Made by a program: the position numbers and the translations under genes. Under the pieces are notes generated by a model that was given only the letters and a program-made list of their open reading frames with translations, searched no databases and was not told the origin of the DNA. From positions 26,908,001-26,972,000 of the forward strand of contig OZ024758.1 of the NCBI GenBank assembly GCA_964016885.1: a stretch of 64,000 nt of DNA, in the 5' to 3' direction. Origin of the DNA: Eledone cirrhosa (taxonomy: Eukaryota). This document shows, piece by piece, positions 38,001 to 50,809 of this stretch (within the stretch, counting starts at the first letter, position 1; each line of letters begins with the position of its first letter).

Positions 38001-41000
38001 TAGTTTGAGGGGGAGGGGTGGTACAAGGCCAGTAGTTTGAGGGGGAGGGGTGGTACAAGGCTAGTAGTTTGAGGGGGAGGGGTGGTACCAGGCTAGTAGT
38101 TTGAGGGGGAGGGGTGGTACAAGGCCAGTAGTTTGAGGGGGAGGGGTGGTACAAGGCCAGTAGTTTGAGGGGGAGGGGGTGGTACAAGGCTAGTAGTTTG
38201 AGGGGGAGGGGTGGTACAAGGCTAGTAGTTTGAGGGGGAGGGGTGGTACAAGGCTAGTAGTTTGAGGGGGAGGGGTGGTACAAGGCCAGTAGTTTGAGGG
38301 GGAGGGGTGGTACAAGGCTAGTAGTTTGAGGGGGAGGGGTGGTACAAGGCTAGTAGTTTGAGGGGGAGGGGTGGTACAAGGCTAGTAGTTTGAGGGGGAG
38401 GGGTGGTACAAGGCCAGTAGTTTGAGGGGGAGGGGTGGTACAAGGCCAGTAGTTTGAGGGGGAGGGGTGGTACAAGGCTAGTAGTTTGAGGGGGAGGGGT
38501 GGTACCAGGCTAGTAGTTTGAGGGGGAGGGGTGGTACAAGGCCAGTAGTTTGAGGGGGAGGGGTGGTACAAGGCCAGTAGTTTGAGGGGGAGGGGTGGTA
38601 CAAGGCTAGTAGTTTGAGGGGGAGGGGTGGTACAAGGCTAGTAGTTTGAGGGGGAGGGGTGGTACAAGGCTAGTAGTTTGAGGGGGAGGGGTGGTACAAG
38701 GCTAGTAGTTTGAGGGGGAGGGGTGGTACAAGGCCAGTAGTTTGAGGGGGAGGGGTGGTACAAGGCTAGTAGTTTGAGGGGGAGGGGTGGTACAAGGCCA
38801 GTAGTTTGAGGGGGAGGGGTGGTACAAGGCCAGTAGTTTGAGGGGGAGGGGTGGTACAAGGCTAGTAGTTTGAGGGGGAGGGGTGGTACAAGGCTAGTAG
38901 TTTGAGGGGGAGGGGTGGTACAAGGCTAGTAGTTTGAGGGGGAGGGGTGGTACAAGGCCAGTAGTTTGAGGGGGAGGGGTGGTACAAGGCTAGTAGTTTG
39001 AGGGGGAGGGGTGGTACCAGGCTAGCAGTTTGAGGGGGAGGGGTGGTACAAGGCCAGTAGTTTGAGGGGGAGGGGTGGTACAAGGCCAGTAGTTTGAGGG
39101 GGAGGGGTGGTACAAGGCCAGTAGTTTGAGGGGGAGGGGTGGTACAAGGCTAGTAGTTTGAGGGGGAGGGGTGGTACCAGGCTAGCAGTTTGAGGGGGAG
39201 GGGTGGTACAAGGCCAGTAGTTTGAGGGGGAGGGGTGGTACAAGGCCAGTAGTTTGAGGGGGAGGGGTGGTACAAGGCTAGTAGTTTGAGGGGGAGGGGT
39301 GGTACCAGGCTAGCAGTTTGAGGGGGAGGGGTGGTACAAGGCCAGTAGTTTGAGGGGGAGGGGTGGTACAAGGCCAGTAGTTTGAGGGGGAGGGGTGGTA
39401 CAAGGCCAGTAGTTTGAGGGGGAGGGGTGGTACAAGGCTAGTAGTTTGAGGGGGAGGGGTGGTACAAGGCCAGTAGTTTGAGGGGGAGGGGTGGTACAAG
39501 GCTAGTAGTTTGAGGGGGAGGGGTGGTACAAGGCCAGTAGTTTGAGGGGGAGGGGTGGTACAAGGCCAGTAGTTTGAGGGGGAGGGGTGGTACAAGGCCA
39601 GTAGTTTGAGGGGGAGGGGTGGTACAAGGCCAGTAGTTTGAGGGGGAGGGGTGGTACCAGGCTAGTAGTTTGAGGGGGAGGGGTGGTACAAGGCTAGTAG
39701 TTTGAGGGGGAGGGGTGGTACAAGGCTAGTAGTTTGAGGGGGAGGGGTGGTACAAGGCCAGTAGTTTGAGGGGGAGGGGTGGTACAAGGCTAGTAGTTTG
39801 AGGGGGAGGGGTGGTACAAGGCCAGTAGTTTGAGGGGGAGGGGTGGTACAAGGCCAGTAGTTTGAGGGGGAGGGGTGGTACCAGGCTAGTAGTTTGAGGG
39901 GGAGGGGTGGTACAAGGCCAGTAGTTTGAGGGGGAGGGGTGGTACAAGGCCAGTAGTTTGGGGGGGGGGGGTACAAGGCTAGTAGTTTGAGGGGGAGGGG
40001 TGGTACCAGGCTAGTAGTTTGAGGGGGAGGGGTGGTACCAGGCTAGTAGTTTGAGGGGGAGGGGTGGTACAAGGCTAGTAGTTTGAGGGGGAGGGGTGGT
40101 ACAAGGCCAGTAGTTTGAGGGGGAGGGGTGGTACAAGGCTAGTAGTTTGAGGGGGAGGGGTGGTACAAGGCCAGTAGTTTGAGGGGGAGGGGTGGTACAA
40201 GGCTAGTAGTTTGAGGGGGAGGGGTGGTACAAGGCCAGTAGTTTGAGGGGGAGGGGTGGTACAAGGCCAGTAGTTTGGGGGGGGGGGGGTACAAGGCTAG
40301 TAGTTTGAGGGGGAGGGGTGGTACAAGGCCAGTAGTTTGAGGGGGAGGGGTGGTACAAGGCCAGTAGTTTGAGGGGGAGGGGTGGTACAAGGCCAGTAGT
40401 TTGAGGGGGAGGGGTGGTACAAGGCTAGTAGTTTGAGGGGGAGGGGTGGTACAAGGCCAGTAGTTTGAGGGGGAGGGGTGGTACAAGGCCAGTAGTTTGA
40501 GGGGGAGGGGTGGTACCAGGCTAGTAGTTTGAGGGGGAGGGGTGGTACAAGGCCAGTAGTTTGAGGGGGAGGGGTGGTACAAGGCTAGTAGTTTGAGGGG
40601 GAGGGGTGGTACAAGGCCAGTAGTTTGAGGGGGAGGGGTGGTACAAGGCTAGTAGTTTGAGGGGGAGGGGTGGTACAAGGCCAGTAGTTTGAGGGGGAGG
40701 GGTGGTACAAGGCTAGTAGTTTGAGGGGGAGGGGTGGTACAAGGCCAGTAGTTTGAGGGGAGGGGTGGTACAAGGCCAGTAGTTTGAGGGGGAGGGGTGG
40801 TACAAGGCTAGTAGTTTGAGGGGGAGGGGTGGTACAAGGCCAGTAGTTTGAGGGGGAGGGGTGGTACAAGGCCAGTAGTTTGAGGGGGAGGGGTGGTACA
40901 AGGCCAGTAGTTTGAGGGGGAGGGGTGGTACAAGGCTAGTAGTTTGAGGGGGAGGGGTGGTACAAGGCTAGTAGTTTGAGGGGGAGGGGTGGTACAAGGC

Positions 41001-44000
41001 CAGTAGTTTGAGGGGGAGGGGTGGTACAAGGCCAGTAGTTTGAGGGGGAGGGGTGGTACAAGGCCAGTAGTTTGAGGGGGAGGGGTGGTACAAGGCTAGT
41101 AGTTTGAGGGGGAGGGGTGGTACAAGGCCAGTAGTTTGAGGGGGAGGGGTGGTACAAGGCTAGTAGTTTGAGGGGGAGGGGTGGTACAAGGCCAGTAGTT
41201 TGAGGGGGAGGGGTGGTACAAGGCTAGTAGTTTGAGGGGGAGGGGTGGTACAAGGCCAGTAGTTTGAGGGGGAGGGGTGGTACAAGGCCAGTAGTTTGAG
41301 GGGGAGGGGTGGTACAAGGCCAGTAGTTTGAGGGGGAGGGGTGGTACAAGGCTAGTAGTTTGAGGGGGAGGGGTGGTACAAGGCTAGTAGTTTGAGGGGG
41401 AGGGGTGGTACAAGGCCAGTAGTTTGAGGGGGAGGGGTGGTACAAGGCCAGTAGTTTGAGGGGGAGGGGTGGTACAAGGCTAGTAGTTTGAGGGGGAGGG
41501 GTGGTACAAGGCCAGTAGTTTGAGGGGGAGGGGTGGTACAAGGCCAGTAGTTTGAGGGGGAGGGGTGGTACAAGGCCAGTAGTTTGAGGGGGAGGGGTGG
41601 TACAAGGCCAGTAGTTTGAGGGGGAGGGGTGGTACAAGGCCAGTAGTTTGAGGGGGAGGGGTGGTACAAGGCTAGTAGTTTGAGGGGAGGGGTGACACAA
41701 GGCCAACAGTTTGAGGGGAGGGGTGGTACAAGGCTAGTAGTTTGAGGGGGAGGGGTGGTACAAGGCCAGTAGTTTGAGGGGGAGGGGTGGTACAAGGCCA
41801 GTAGTTTGAGGGGGAGGGGTGGTACAAGGCCAGTAGTTTGAGGGGGAGGGGTGGTACAAGGCCAGTAGTTTGAGGGGGAGGGGTGGTACAAGGCCAGTAG
41901 TTTGAGGGGGAGGGGTGGTACAAGGCCAGTAGTTTGAGGGGGAGGGGTGGTACAAGGCCAGTAGTTTGAGGGGAGGGGTGACACAAGGCCAACAGTTTGA
42001 GGGGAGGGGTGGTACAAGGCTAGTAGTTTGAGGGGGAGGGGTGGTACAAGGCCAGTAGTTTGAGGGGGAGGGGTGGTACAAGGCCAGTAGTTTGAGGGGG
42101 AGGGGTGGTACAAGGCCAGTAGTTTGAGGGGGAGGGGTGGTACAAGGCCAGTAGTTTGAGGGGGAGGGGTGGTACAAGGCCAGTAGTTTGAGGGGGAGGG
42201 GTGGTACAAGGCCAGTAGTTTGAGGGGGAGGGGTGGTACAAGGCCAGTAGTTTGAGGGGAGGGGTGACACAAGGCCAACAGTTTGAGGGGAGGGGTGGTA
42301 CAAGGCTAGTAGTTTGAGGGGGAGGGGTGGTACAAGGCCAGTAGTTTGAGGGGGAGGGGTGGTACAAGGCCAGTAGTTTGAGGGGGAGGGGTGGTACAAG
42401 GCCAGTAGTTTGAGGGGGAGGGGTGGTACAAGGCCAGTAGTTTGAGGGGGAGGGGTGGTACAAGGCTAGTAGTTTGAGGGGGAGGGGTGGTACAAGGCCA
42501 GTAGTTTGAGGGGGAGGGGTGGTACAAGGCCAGTAGTTTGAGGGGGAGGGGTGGTACAAGGCTAGTAGTTTGAGGGGGAGGGGTGGTACAAGGCTAGTAG
42601 TTTGAGGGGGAGGGGTGGTACCAGGCTAGTAGTTTGAGGGGGAGGGGTGGTACAAGGCCAGTAGTTTGAGGGGGAGGGGTGGTACAAGGCCAGTAGTTTG
42701 AGGGGGAGGGGTGGTACAAGGCTAGTAGTTTGAGGGGGAGGGGTGGTACAAGGCTAGTAGTTTGAGGGGGAGGGGTGGTACAAGGCCAGTAGTTTGAGGG
42801 GGAGGGGTGGTACAAGGCCAGTAGTTTGAGGGGAGGGGTGACACAAGGCCAACAGTTTGAGGGGAGGGGTGGTACAAGGCTAGTAGTTTGAGGGGGAGGG
42901 GTGGTACAAGGCTAGTAGTTTGAGGGGGAGGGGTGGTACAAGGCTAGTAGTTTGAGGGGGAGGGGTGGTACAAGGCTAGTAGTTTGAGGGGGAGGGGTGG
43001 TACAAGGCTAGTAGTTTGAGGGGGAGGGGTGGTACAAGGCCAGTAGTTTGAGGGGGAGGGGTGGTACAAGGCCAGTAGTTTGAGGGGAGGGGTGGTACAA
43101 GGCTAGTAGTTTGAGGGGGAGGGGTGGTACAAGGCCAGTAGTTTGAGGGGAGGGGTGGTACAAGGCCAGTAGTTTGAGGGGGAGGGGTGGTACAAGGCTA
43201 GTAGTTTGAGGGGGAGGGGTGGTACAAGGCTAGTAGTTTGAGGGGGAGGGGTGGTACAAGGCCAGTAGTTTGAGGGGGAGGGGTGGTACAAGGCTAGTAG
43301 TTTGAGGGGGAGGGGTGGTACAAGGCTAGTAGTTTGAGGGGGAGGGGTGGTACAAGGCTAGTAGTTTGAGGGGGAGGGGTGGTACAAGGCCAGTAGTTTG
43401 AGGGGGAGGGGTGGTACAAGGCTAGTAGTTTGAGGGGGAGGGGTGGTACAAGGCTAGTAGTTTGAGGGGGAGGGGTGGTACAAGGCCAGTAGTTTGAGGG
43501 GGAGGGGTGGTACAAGGCCAGTAGTTTGAGGGGGAGGGGTGACACAAGGTTAGCAGTTTGAGGGGGAGGGGTGGTACAAGGCCAACAGTTTGAGGGGAGG
43601 GGTGGTACAAGGCCAGTAGTTTGAGGGGGAGGGGTGGTACAAGGCCAGTAGTTTGAGGGGGAGGGGTGACACAAGGTTAGCAGTTTGAGGGGGAGGGGTG
43701 GTACAAGGCCAGTAGTTTGAGGGGGAGGGGTGACACAAGGCTAGCAGTTTGAGGGGAGGGTGGTACAAGGCCAGCAGTTTGAGGGGAGGGTGACACAAGG
43801 CCAGCAGTTTGAGGGGAGGGGTGGTACAAGACCAGCAGTTTGAGGGGGATGGGTGGTACAAGGCCAGCAGTTTGAGGGGAGGGTGGTACAAGGCCAGTAG
43901 TTTGAGGGGAGGGTGGTACAAGGCCAGCAGTTTGAGGGAGGGGTGGTACCAGGCTAGCAGTTTGAGGGGGAGGGGTGGTACAAGACCAGCAGTTTGAGGG

Positions 44001-45372
44001 GGAGGGGTGGTACAAGGCCAGTAGTTTGAGGGGATGGGTGGTACAAGACCAGCAGTTTGAGGGGGAGGGTGGTACAAGACCAGCAGTTTGAGGGGGATGG
44101 GTGGTACAAGACCAGCAGTTTGAGGGGGAGGGTGGTACAAGGCTAGTAGTTTGAGGGGGAGGGGTGGTACAAGGCCAGTAGTTTGAGGGGGAGGGGTGGT
44201 ACAAGGCCAGTAGTTTGAGGGGATGGGTGGTACAAGACCAGCAGTTTGAGGGGGATGGGTGGTACAAGACCAGCAGTTTGAGGGGGAGGGTGGTACAAGA
44301 CCAGCAGTTTGAGGGGGAGGGTGGTACAAGACCAGCAGTTTGAGGGGGAGGGTGGTACAAGACCAGCAGTTTGAGGGGGAGGGTGGTACAAGACCAGTAG
44401 TTTGAGGGGGAGGGGTGACACAAGGCTAGCAGTTTGAGGGGGAGGGGTGGTACAAGACCAGCAGTTTGAGGGGAGGGTGGTACCAGGCTAGCAGTTTGAG
44501 GGGGAGGGGTGGTACAAGACCAGCAGTTTGAGGGGGAGGGGTGACATAAGGCTAGCAGTTTGAGGGGGAGGGGTGGTACAAGACCAGCAGTTTGAGGGGA
44601 GGGGTGGTACAAGACCAGCAGTTTGAGGGGAGGGGTGGTACAAGGCCAGCAGTTTGAGGGGGAGGGGTGGTACAAAGCCAGCAGTTTGAGAGGAGGAGTG
44701 ACACAAGGCCAACAGTTTGAGGGGGAGGGGTGGTACAAGGCCAGCAGTTTGAGGGGAGGGGTGACACAAGGTTAGCAGTTTGAGGGGAGGGGTGACACAA
44801 GGTTAGCAGTTTGAGGGGAGGAGTGGTACAAGGTTAGCAGTTTGAGGGGAGGGGTGACACAAGGTTAGCAGTTTGAGGGGAGGGGTGACACAAGGTTAGC
44901 AGTTTGAGAGGAGGGGTGACACAAGGCCAGCAGTTTGAGGGGGGGGTAGTACGAGGCTAGCAGTTTGAGGGGAGGAGTGGTACAAGGTTAGCAGTTTGAG
45001 GGGAGGGGTGACACAAGGTTAGCAGTTTGAGGGGAGGGGTGACACAAGGTTAGCAGTTTGAGGGGAGGGGTGACACAAGGCCAGCAGTTTGAGGCGAGGG
45101 GTGACACAAGGCCAGCAGTTTGAGGGGTGGGACAAGGCCAGCAGTTTGAGGGGAGGAGTGGTACAAGGTTAGCAGTTTGAGGGGAGGGGTGGTACAAAGC
45201 CAGCAGTTTGAGGGGAGGGGTGACACAAGGCCAGCAGTTTGAGGGGAGGGGTGGTACAAAGCCAGCAGTTTGAGGCGAGGGGTGACACAAGGCCAGCAGT
45301 TTGAGGGGAGGGGTGGTACAAAGCCAGCAGTTTGAGGGGAGGGGTGACACAAGGTTAGCAGTTTGAGGGGAA
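35082..45372. repeat. 10.3-kb G-rich 32-bp tandem array, about 320 copies
   Basis: Unit agtagtttgagggggaggggtggtacaaggc(c/t); homogeneous centre, diverged ends; minus-strand PPLPLKLLALYHPSPSNY ORFs are artefacts. Confidence 0.98.
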
Positions 45373-46067
45373 GTCAATTATATGGACCTAAGGAGAGTTT
45401 TGGCCAGTTTTGCACTCAGAATATAAAGAGCAGGAATAAATACCTCAAAGCATTTAGTCCAATGCTCTACTGATTCTGCCAATCCACCGTCTTATAGGTC
45501 TGATAATAATGGTTTCTTATATAGGCACAAGGCCAACAATTTTGGTGGAGGACAAAGTCAATTAAATCAACCCCAGTGCATTACTGGTACTTTATTTTAT
45601 CGACCCCGTAAGGATGAAAGGCAAAGTTAACCTCAGAAGGCCAGCTATTTTGGATACGGGGCAAAGTCAATTAAATCAACCCCAGTACATTACTGGTACT
45701 TTATTTTATCAACCCTGTAAGGATGAAAAGCAAAGCTAACCTCGATGGGATTTGAACTCGGAACATAAAGGGGCAGAACTATATGCCACAAAGCATGTTG
45801 TCTGACACTCTACTGATTCTGTCAATCCTGAACCCTAAGAACTGCTAATAATGGTTTCTAATTGAGGCACAAGGCCAGCAATTTGCGGGAGAGGAAAGTC
45901 AATTAAATTAACCCCAGTGTATTACTGATACTTTATTTTATCAACCCTGTAAAGAGAAAAAACAAAGCTAACCTTGGCAGGATTTGAACTCAGAATGTAA
46001 AGGGCCGTAACTCTATGCTGCAAAGCATATAGCCTGATGATCTACTGATACTACCAACCCACTGCCC
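45373..46067 (-). mobile_element. Tandem cluster of reverse-oriented S3 SINEs
   Basis: Remainder of the array-host SINE (to about 45491), then copies at about 45505-45826 and 45848-46067. Confidence 0.8.
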
Positions 46068-46191
46068 TAAAGTACTGCTAATGATAATAATAAGAAAATT
46101 AAATTATAAAATAGCAATCTTTTTCCATTTGAATTCCAAGATCCCCATATCTGTTTAAGCCTTATGTATTTCTTTCACATTTCTTTTCTTC

Positions 46192-46337
46192 ATTATTTAC
46201 ACTATAAAATAGTGTAAATAATTGTTTCTACTTTAGGCACAAGGCCAGCAATTACCCAGTGCATTAAAGTACCAGTAATGCACTGGGTAATTGCTGGCCT
46301 TGTGCCAAAAGTAGAAACAATTATTTACACTATAAAA
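46192..46337. repeat. Fold-back of S3 SINE tail with flanking direct repeat
   Basis: 58-bp inverted arms 46209-46266 and 46276-46333; attatttacactataaaa directly repeated at 46192 and 46320. Confidence 0.85.
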
Positions 46338-46999
46338 CACATACATCTATTGTTGGATTTCAAGCTAAAAAAAAATCAGTCTTTGTGCCAGTGTTAAATG
46401 GAGCTCAACATCCCAGCAGACAGAAAAATACTGACAAAAAGAGTATTCAATGCCAAAACTATTATTTTACTGTTTAACAAGAAAATTACAGCAGAGCAAT
46501 TGTATTGTGATGTGTGCAGCATAAATATCTGCTTTACTTGAAGTGCATCACATTAAAGGAAGGCAACTGTTCAATAATATTTCAAAAGATATCAATACTC
46601 GTGGTCATTGTAGGTAAAACAGAAACAATTTAGATTAAATGTGTTCTGTAATAATCGTTTCTAATTTTGGCACAAGGCCAGCAATTTGAAGGGGAAAGGG
46701 AAAGCTGACTAAAATCAACCCCCAGTGCATTACTGTTACATTATTTTCAGAACCTAAAGGGCTGTAACTCTGCCTTTTATGTTCTGAGTTCAAATCATGC
46801 CAAGTTTAGCTTTGCCTTAATAAAAGCATGGCATAGTGGTTAGACCATTGGGCTTGCAATCGGGATGTTGTGAATTCGATTCTCAGATTAGGTGATGCAT
46901 TGTGTCCTTGAACAAGATACTTTATTTCCTATTGCTCTAAAAAAAAAAGAAATCCTGCTTGTCTCATAGTAAGCAGTGGTTCATGTACCATCCATCAGT

Positions 47000-47221
47000 T
47001 TAACCCTTTAGCATTTAAACCAGCCGTATCCGGCCAGAATTCTCTCATCTCTTTCTGTTCAAACCGGCTGTAACAAACTGCTCATACTGATGTTAAGGTA
47101 TTGTTCTCAAAATAAATATCAAAATTTCATAGATTCGATATTATGTGAGATAAAGCCTTTATTTACCATGAAAATACAATAGTATATATATATAGAGTGA
47201 TGTAAATACTAAAGGGGTTAA
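47000..47221 (+). mobile_element. piggyBac-type MITE
   Basis: ttaaccctttagca...taaaggggttaa. Confidence 0.8.
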
Positions 47222-47799
47222 TTAGATGACCTCAGCAGATAATCGACTATTGATTCGGCAATGGGTTGGCACAACTGCTCCAGTTAGCGGAGAAATCTAT
47301 GAGTATGCAGGTTTGGCAATATTATAGCCATTAGAAAAAGCCAAATGCTTCACTTTAGATGGAGGGATGACTCAACAAGACGAAGAAGAAAAGAATAATA
47401 GTCTTCTTTAGATAGTAGATCAGATCAAAAACATTCTATAAAGCTGGTGGATGTTTATCTTGTTTTCTGTGGCATTAAAACAGATAAGTGACAAATGTAG
47501 ATAGTTTGTTAGATTATTTCAAGTAATACTCCCAGAAACTATGGTGCCTACTGTCAACTTTAATAAACTGAAGCTAGTAGAGTTCAGTGTTTTATGTAAA
47601 TACATAACATTGCCAACATTGGGATGTGATCTCACAGTGGAGCCTCCATACATACTTTGTGTATTAGTCTGTTTTAACCTCTAATTAGTCCTCCTCTCAA
47701 ATATTTCACCTCTGCAATTAACAGGTAATATTAAAGCATAATTATAATGCAAATATCCCATTATATATATAACATGATGATATATATTATCATCACCGT

Positions 47800-48156
47800 T
47801 TAACCCTTTAGTTTTCACATTACTCTATATATACTATTATATTTTAACCTTTAGTATTCACATTACTCTATATATACTATTATATTTTAACCTTTAGTAT
47901 TCACATTACTCTATATATACTATTATATTTTAACCTTTAGTATTCACATTAGTCTCTATATACTATTATATTTTCATGGTAAAGGCTTTACTTCACATAA
48001 TTATCTCACATAATATCGAATCTATGAGATTTTGAAAGTATTTATTTTGAGAACAATACCATAACATCAGTTTGAGTGACCAGTTACAGCCAGTTTCAAC
48101 AGAAAGAGGTAGAGAATTCTGGCCAGTTTTGGCCGGTTTGAACATTAAAGGGTTAA
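47800..48156 (-). mobile_element. piggyBac-type MITE with a 43-bp terminal segment tandemly repeated about 4 times
   Basis: ttaacc(c)tttagtattcacattactctatatatactattatatt repeated 47800-47972, then the MITE body to aaagggttaa. Confidence 0.8.
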
Positions 48157-48793
48157 CGTCCATTTTTCTATGGTTAGACGAGTTATCCTATTGTGAATGA
48201 AGATATATATTTGTTTCCCGCTTGATATAGAAGGAAAAGTCTTAACATTCAGAAAATAAAATGAGGATTATTATTATATGTATGTTATGAGTTTAAATTA
48301 TTAATTTTAAATAAAATATATTTAACATAACATTTATATAAAATTCTAAACTCTGAAATAAAAAAAAGATATTGCTATTTAAAAATTAAGTCATCAAATT
48401 TCAGTTTAATAAATGTTTGCCCGTTAAATAGCTATAAATATATATGTATGTTGTAAAAGCAATCCAGGTCAGATATTTAGACCACGATTCATAGTTGACA
48501 TAAATGAAATTACTTTTTAAAAAAAAGACTGTTATAATATCACATTATGCAAAATATTGTTTAATAGAGATATTTGCACCAATTAGCTATTTTATTTGAT
48601 ACTGTATGCAATTACATAATGCAATAGTTTGAAGTTAAATGAGCATTAAAACCTTTTTAAAGAGCGGTGTATATGACTCTTTAAACAACCTCATGCTTTC
48701 TGCATATGGAATCAAACTTTATATTTTTGTTTAATGTGCTAGCATGAATTTGGCAGAATCATGGAAATAAATAACTGGTTACACATACAGACT

Positions 48794-49803
48794 GGAGGCA
48801 TGTGGCCTAGTGGTAAGGGTGCTGGACTTACTATCATAATGCCGTGAGTTCGATTCCTGGACTGGGTTGTGTGTTGTGTTCTTGAGCAAAACACTTCATT
48901 TCATGTTGCTCCAGTGGTAAGGGTGCTGGACTTACTATCATAATGCTGTGGGTTCAATTCCTGGACTGGGTTGTGTGTTGTGTTCTTGAGCAAAACACTT
49001 CATTTCATGTTGCTCCAGTGGTAAGGGTGCTGGACTTACTATCATAATGCTGTGGGTTCAATTCCTGGACTGGGTTGTGTGTTGTGTTCTTGAGCAAAAC
49101 ACTTCATTTCATGTTGCTCCAGTGGTAAGGGTGCTGGACTTACTATCATAATGCTGTGGGTTCAATTCCTGGACTGGGTTGTGTGTTGTGTTCTTGAGCA
49201 AAACACTTCATTTCATGTTGCTCCAGTGGTAAGGGTGCTGGACTTACTATCATAATGCTGTGGGTTCAATTCCTGGACTGGGTTGTGTGTTGTGTTCTTG
49301 AGCAAAACACTTCATTTCATGTTGCTCCAGTGGTAAGGGTGCTGGACTTACTATCATAATGCTGTGGGTTCAATTCCTGGACTGGGTTGTGTGTTGTGTT
49401 CTTGAGCAAAACACTTCATTTCATGTTGCTCCAGTGGTAAGGGTGCTGGACTTACTATCATAATGCTGTGGGTTCAATTCCTGGACTGGGTTGTGTGTTG
49501 TGTTCTTGAGCAAAACACTTCATTTCATGTTGCTCCAGTGGTAAGGGTGCTGGACTTACTATCATAATGCTGTGGGTTCAATTCCTGGACTGGGTTGTGT
49601 GTTGTGTTCTTGAGCAAAACACTTCATTTCATGTTGCTCCAGTATACTCAGTTGAAAATGAGTACCAGCAATAGCTGGGGGTTTAACCCTGCAATGGACT
49701 GGTGTCCTGTCCAGAGGGAAGTCTTGAACTCTTTGTTGCTTCACATCACGGAAACTGGGATAAGCACCGGCCAAATGAGCCCCCAGACTCGAGATAGACT
49801 TTA
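48794..49803 (+). mobile_element. S2 (MetaSINE-like) element whose 104-bp tRNA-like head is tandemly repeated 8 times
   Basis: Units start at 48811, 48915, 49019, 49123, 49227, 49331, 49435 and 49539; a single Meta-like body and tail follow from 49643. Confidence 0.92.
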
Positions 49804-50029
49804 ACCCTTTAGCATTTAAACTGGCCATATCTAGCCAGAATTCTCTCACCTCTTTCTGTTCAAACTGGCTGTAACTTGCTACTCATATTTATGTTAAGGT
49901 ATTGTTCTCAAAATAAATAATATCAAAATCTCATAGATTCAATATGATGTGAGATAATTATGTGAGGTAAAGCCTTTACTGCAAAAATACAATAGTGTAT
50001 ATAGAGTAATGAAAATGCTAAAGGGTTAA
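49801..50029 (+). mobile_element. piggyBac-type MITE
   Basis: ttaaccctttagcattt...aaatgctaaagggttaa. Confidence 0.85.
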
Positions 50030-50189
50030 ACAAGCTAGGAAACTTTTAATTAAAAGTTTCCTAGCTTGTTTAACCCTTAAATGTTCCTGATAGTTAACTA
50101 TGGTCAATAGTGATAAGGAGGGAGTTAATTGGTGTTTCCAAATAGTGACACCACATTTGAGGAGCAAGAAATTTTGACCTGATTTGTGT

Positions 50190-50402
50190 TTAACCCTTTA
50201 GCATTTAAACTGGCTATATCCAGCCAGAATTCTCTCACCTCTTTCTGTTTAAACTGGCTGTAACTAGCCACTCATACTTATGTTAAGGTATTGTTCTCAA
50301 AATATATATCAAAATCTTGTAGGTTCGATATTATGTGAGATAACGTGTTTACTATAAAAATACAATAGTATATATAGAGTAATGTAAACGGTAAAGGGTT
50401 AA
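50190..50402 (+). mobile_element. piggyBac-type MITE
   Basis: ttaacccttta...taaagggttaa. Confidence 0.85.
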
Positions 50403-50809
50403 TGATATAAGGATATATATATAGATGTTACTCTCTTAATTTAAAAAAAAAAATTTTTTATTTTATTTATCTTATCTTTTAAACTGGGGTATTCTTTTTC
50501 AGCTATCTACTGGGTGGTCCAAAAGTTGTTTTGTTTTGGTATCAAGTTTTTCAAAGTTTATTTTTATTAGGGTGGATATGAACTAAATTCTTAAAGGTTA
50601 GTGTTTGCATTTGAATCATTAACTGAGATGAATGTTAATTATCATTTAGTAATTGATTCTATAGTGTCAAAGTTATACTTACAAGGCCTCACATGAAGAG
50701 GGTGGAGGGGTATACACCATTGTATTAACCCCAGTATTTATCTGGTAGTTTATGTTATTGATCATAGAAGCATAAAAAGTAAATTCGATCTTGGTAGGAA
50801 CTCAAAACA

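Noticed and set aside
35082-45372. Telomere or interstitial telomeric repeat
   Set aside because: G-rich on one strand but no TTAGGG/TTAGG units; derivation from the SINE tail explains it
35410-45377. Dozens of Pro/Leu-rich minus-strand ORFs
   Set aside because: Translations of the 32-bp array; the unit is not a multiple of 3 and stops depend on a single c/t variant
48794-48865. tRNA genes at SINE heads
   Set aside because: A/B boxes are present but acceptor stems are imperfect and each continues into a SINE body
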